From positions 82,710,001 through 82,774,000 of the forward strand of contig NW_024704742.1 in the NCBI RefSeq assembly GCF_018977255.1: DNA of 64,000 nt, read 5' to 3'. Made by a program: the position numbers and the translations under genes. Within the stretch, counting starts at the first letter, position 1; the number at the start of each line of letters is the position of its first letter. The notes under the pieces are model-generated. The model was not told where the DNA came from. It searched no databases and saw only the letters and a list, made by a program, of their open reading frames with translations. The stretch comes from Callorhinchus milii (lineage: Eukaryota). Positions 63,122 through 64,000 of this stretch are shown in pieces.

Positions 63122-63487
63122 ATTGCTATGTGGAAATTGGTTGCCACATTCACGTAAAAATAAATTTGCTACAATTTACGGAAACGTTGTGTAGCACTTT
63201 GAGATGTTCTCGAAGTTCTAGCTGCTATACAAAATGCGAGGATTATTTATTATTGATTTATCCAGTGTGGATAAATTCGACGTCATGCAAAATACTAATT
63301 GATTGCAGTGTTAACTACAGTTTTGTTCCCATCAGGAGTTATACTGTCATGATAGTACCACACTGTATCAATCCTTAGCAATCAATGGAATTAAACCTGT
63401 TACCAGGGCCTTTGGAAACATTCTTGTTTACCATTCAGCTCCTTTACTCAGATAACCACTTGCACTCTTGAAGCATATTTTCTTTCT

Positions 63488-64000
63488 ACATAACATAACA
63501 TGTAGGAGGAGGAGTAGGCCATTTGGCCCTTCGAGCCTGCCCCGCCATTCAATCATGGCTGATCTTCTAATCTAATGCAGCTAATAACCTAACCCTGCCT
63601 TATCCCCATATCCCTTAATCCCTTTTGCAATAAGAAATCTATCTATCTCAGTCTTGAATATGTTCAAGGACTGAGCGTCAACAGCCCTTTGGGGTAGTGA
63701 GTTCCATACATTCACTACCCTTTGAGTGAAGAAGTTCTTCCTCAACTCAGTGCGAAAGGGCTGGCCTCTGATTTTAAGGTTGTGACCCCTGGTTTTAGTT
63801 TCTCCAACCAGGGGAAACAATCTCCCACTATCTACTCTATCATGCCCTTTGATGATCTTATAGGTTTCTATAAGATCCCCTCTAATTCTTCTATATTCTA
63901 GAGAATATAGGCCCAAATTGGTCAGCCTATCCTCGTAACTCATCCCCTTCATCCCTGGCACTAACCTAGTAAATCTACGCTGCACCCCCTCCAAGGCAAG
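63488..64000 (-). mobile_element. Young CR1 3' end, continues beyond the window
   Basis: Open frame EGVQRRFTRLVPG..GLYSLE.RR.RGDLIETYKI..WNSLP, (TTATG)n tail. Confidence 0.95.

Noticed and set aside
1..64000. CRISPR-like array, operon or prokaryotic defence system
   Set aside because: The repeats are dispersed retroelements with irregular spacing in eukaryotic DNA; there is no repeat-spacer array or gene cluster.

Overview
Vertebrate genomic DNA, intronic or intergenic, dominated by retrotransposon debris. The repeat content points to a cartilaginous fish, probably a chimaera such as Callorhinchus (inference, not checked). It contains dozens of copies of a tRNA(Ala)-headed SINE with an L2-type tail, in long and internally deleted short forms. 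It also contains Deu-domain SINEs, at least two L2 subfamilies, three CR1 subfamilies, an AmnSINE2-like relic, a Penelope-type relic with a decayed hammerhead core and a hAT-like transposase relic. Almost every ORF in the track is a LINE remnant, an antisense frame of one, or a SINE artefact. No complete gene is present. The best host-gene evidence is a 150-bp minus-strand exon at 24495-24644 plus a phase-compatible neighbour at 23676-23763; I cannot name the protein. The most unusual structure is at 42.3-46.4 kb, where a young L2 insertion carries, inside its target-site duplication (TSD), two near-perfect copies (one direct, one inverted) of a SINE 1.1 kb upstream, next to two further local duplications. 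I found no well-supported novel gene system. Boundaries of old repeats are approximate, and family names come from recall of consensus sequences, not from a search.
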